From contig OZ244870.1 in assembly GCA_965221205.1 (NCBI GenBank), forward strand, positions 1,374,782 through 1,438,781: 64,000 nucleotides of DNA, given 5' to 3'. Source of the stretch: a bacterium (GTDB taxonomy: Bacteria; SM23-31). Both the position numbers and the translations under genes were made by a program. Below the pieces are notes generated by a model, which was not told the DNA's origin, searched no databases, and worked only from the letters and a program-made list of their open reading frames with translations. Below, piece after piece: positions 63,686 to 64,000 of this stretch. Each line of letters opens with the position of its first letter. The stretch's first letter is position 1.

Positions 63686-64000
63686 TTATTCTTTTTTGAG
63701 TGATGATATAATTTCCTTAATAACATACATGCTCATAATAAATGATGAAAATGGTATTGCAGCATATGGAAAACTCATTGGTATTCTCATAGCGGGAGAA
63801 TACTGAGTCCAATTTCTTATTGTCAATTGGAAACCTTCAAACAATACCACACCAAGGAAACAAAGTATGAACCAACTACCCACTATTTTGAGAATGTGTT
63901 GAGACCTCGGTTTCAATTTTTTGACCACCATATCCACACCGAAGTGTGCATTTTTCTTTACCCCTGCCGCCGCACCCATGAGAGAAAGCCAAACAAACAG
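63686..64000 (-). CDS. dctQ: TRAP transporter small permease (partial, continues beyond window)
   Basis: DctQ-like, 4 TM helices, immediately upstream of dctM. Confidence 0.7.
   Translation of the reverse strand: MFVWLSLMGAAAGVKKNAHFGVDMVVKKLKPRSQHILKIVGSWFILCFLGVVLFEGFQLTIRNWTQYSPAMRIPMSFPYAAIPFSSFIMSMYVIKEIISSLKKE

Overview
This window is an AT-rich (roughly 38-40% GC) bacterial chromosome segment. Gene content suggests a Bacteroidota/Ignavibacteriota-like organism: PPi-type phosphofructokinase, BNR-repeat giant protein, TRAP transporter, LarA homologue. Most of it is ordinary housekeeping on both strands, several genes as minus-strand blocks: M16 peptidase (5' partial), homoserine-dehydrogenase-like, lon, ComF, aroK, aspC, coaD, rsmD, a pilM/pilN-like pair, comEA, hrcA-grpE-dnaJ, ftsEX, pdxA, a Nif3-like protein, an M23 peptidase, rpsU, gnd, a LarA-like protein, PPi-PFK, a HAD hydrolase and TRAP DctMQ. 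There is also a sugar-nucleotide/glycosyltransferase cluster at 40.3-48.6 kb.

Three things stand out.
1. A compositionally foreign GC-rich island (about 29.2-33.5 kb, extended by an adjacent lower-GC MTase gene to 35.0 kb) sits between rpsU and a truncated hutH remnant. It carries three defence-type genes: a PHP-phosphoesterase + SMC/RecF-like ABC-ATPase fusion (ppl-like), an AlbA_2/Schlafen-like + HATPase_c_4 protein, and a DNA methyltransferase-HNH fusion. All three are broken by frameshifts; the methyltransferase has a C9 tract and a 10-bp tandem duplication.
2. The tRNA-Leu(CAA) locus is duplicated. Two diverged copies of about 370 bp flank a second GC-rich insert that encodes a CehA/McbA-like PHP lipoprotein.
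3. There are many gene remnants and pseudogenes: an Eco57I-like MTase, a sigma-54 activator, a histidine kinase, an AI-2E transporter, a glycoside hydrolase, an MDR dehydrogenase, and a helical-repeat protein split over four ORFs. Three independent 10-bp perfect tandem duplications (8203-8222, 33659-33678, 51705-51724) occur at disrupted loci.

No CRISPR array, integrase or transposase was recognised.
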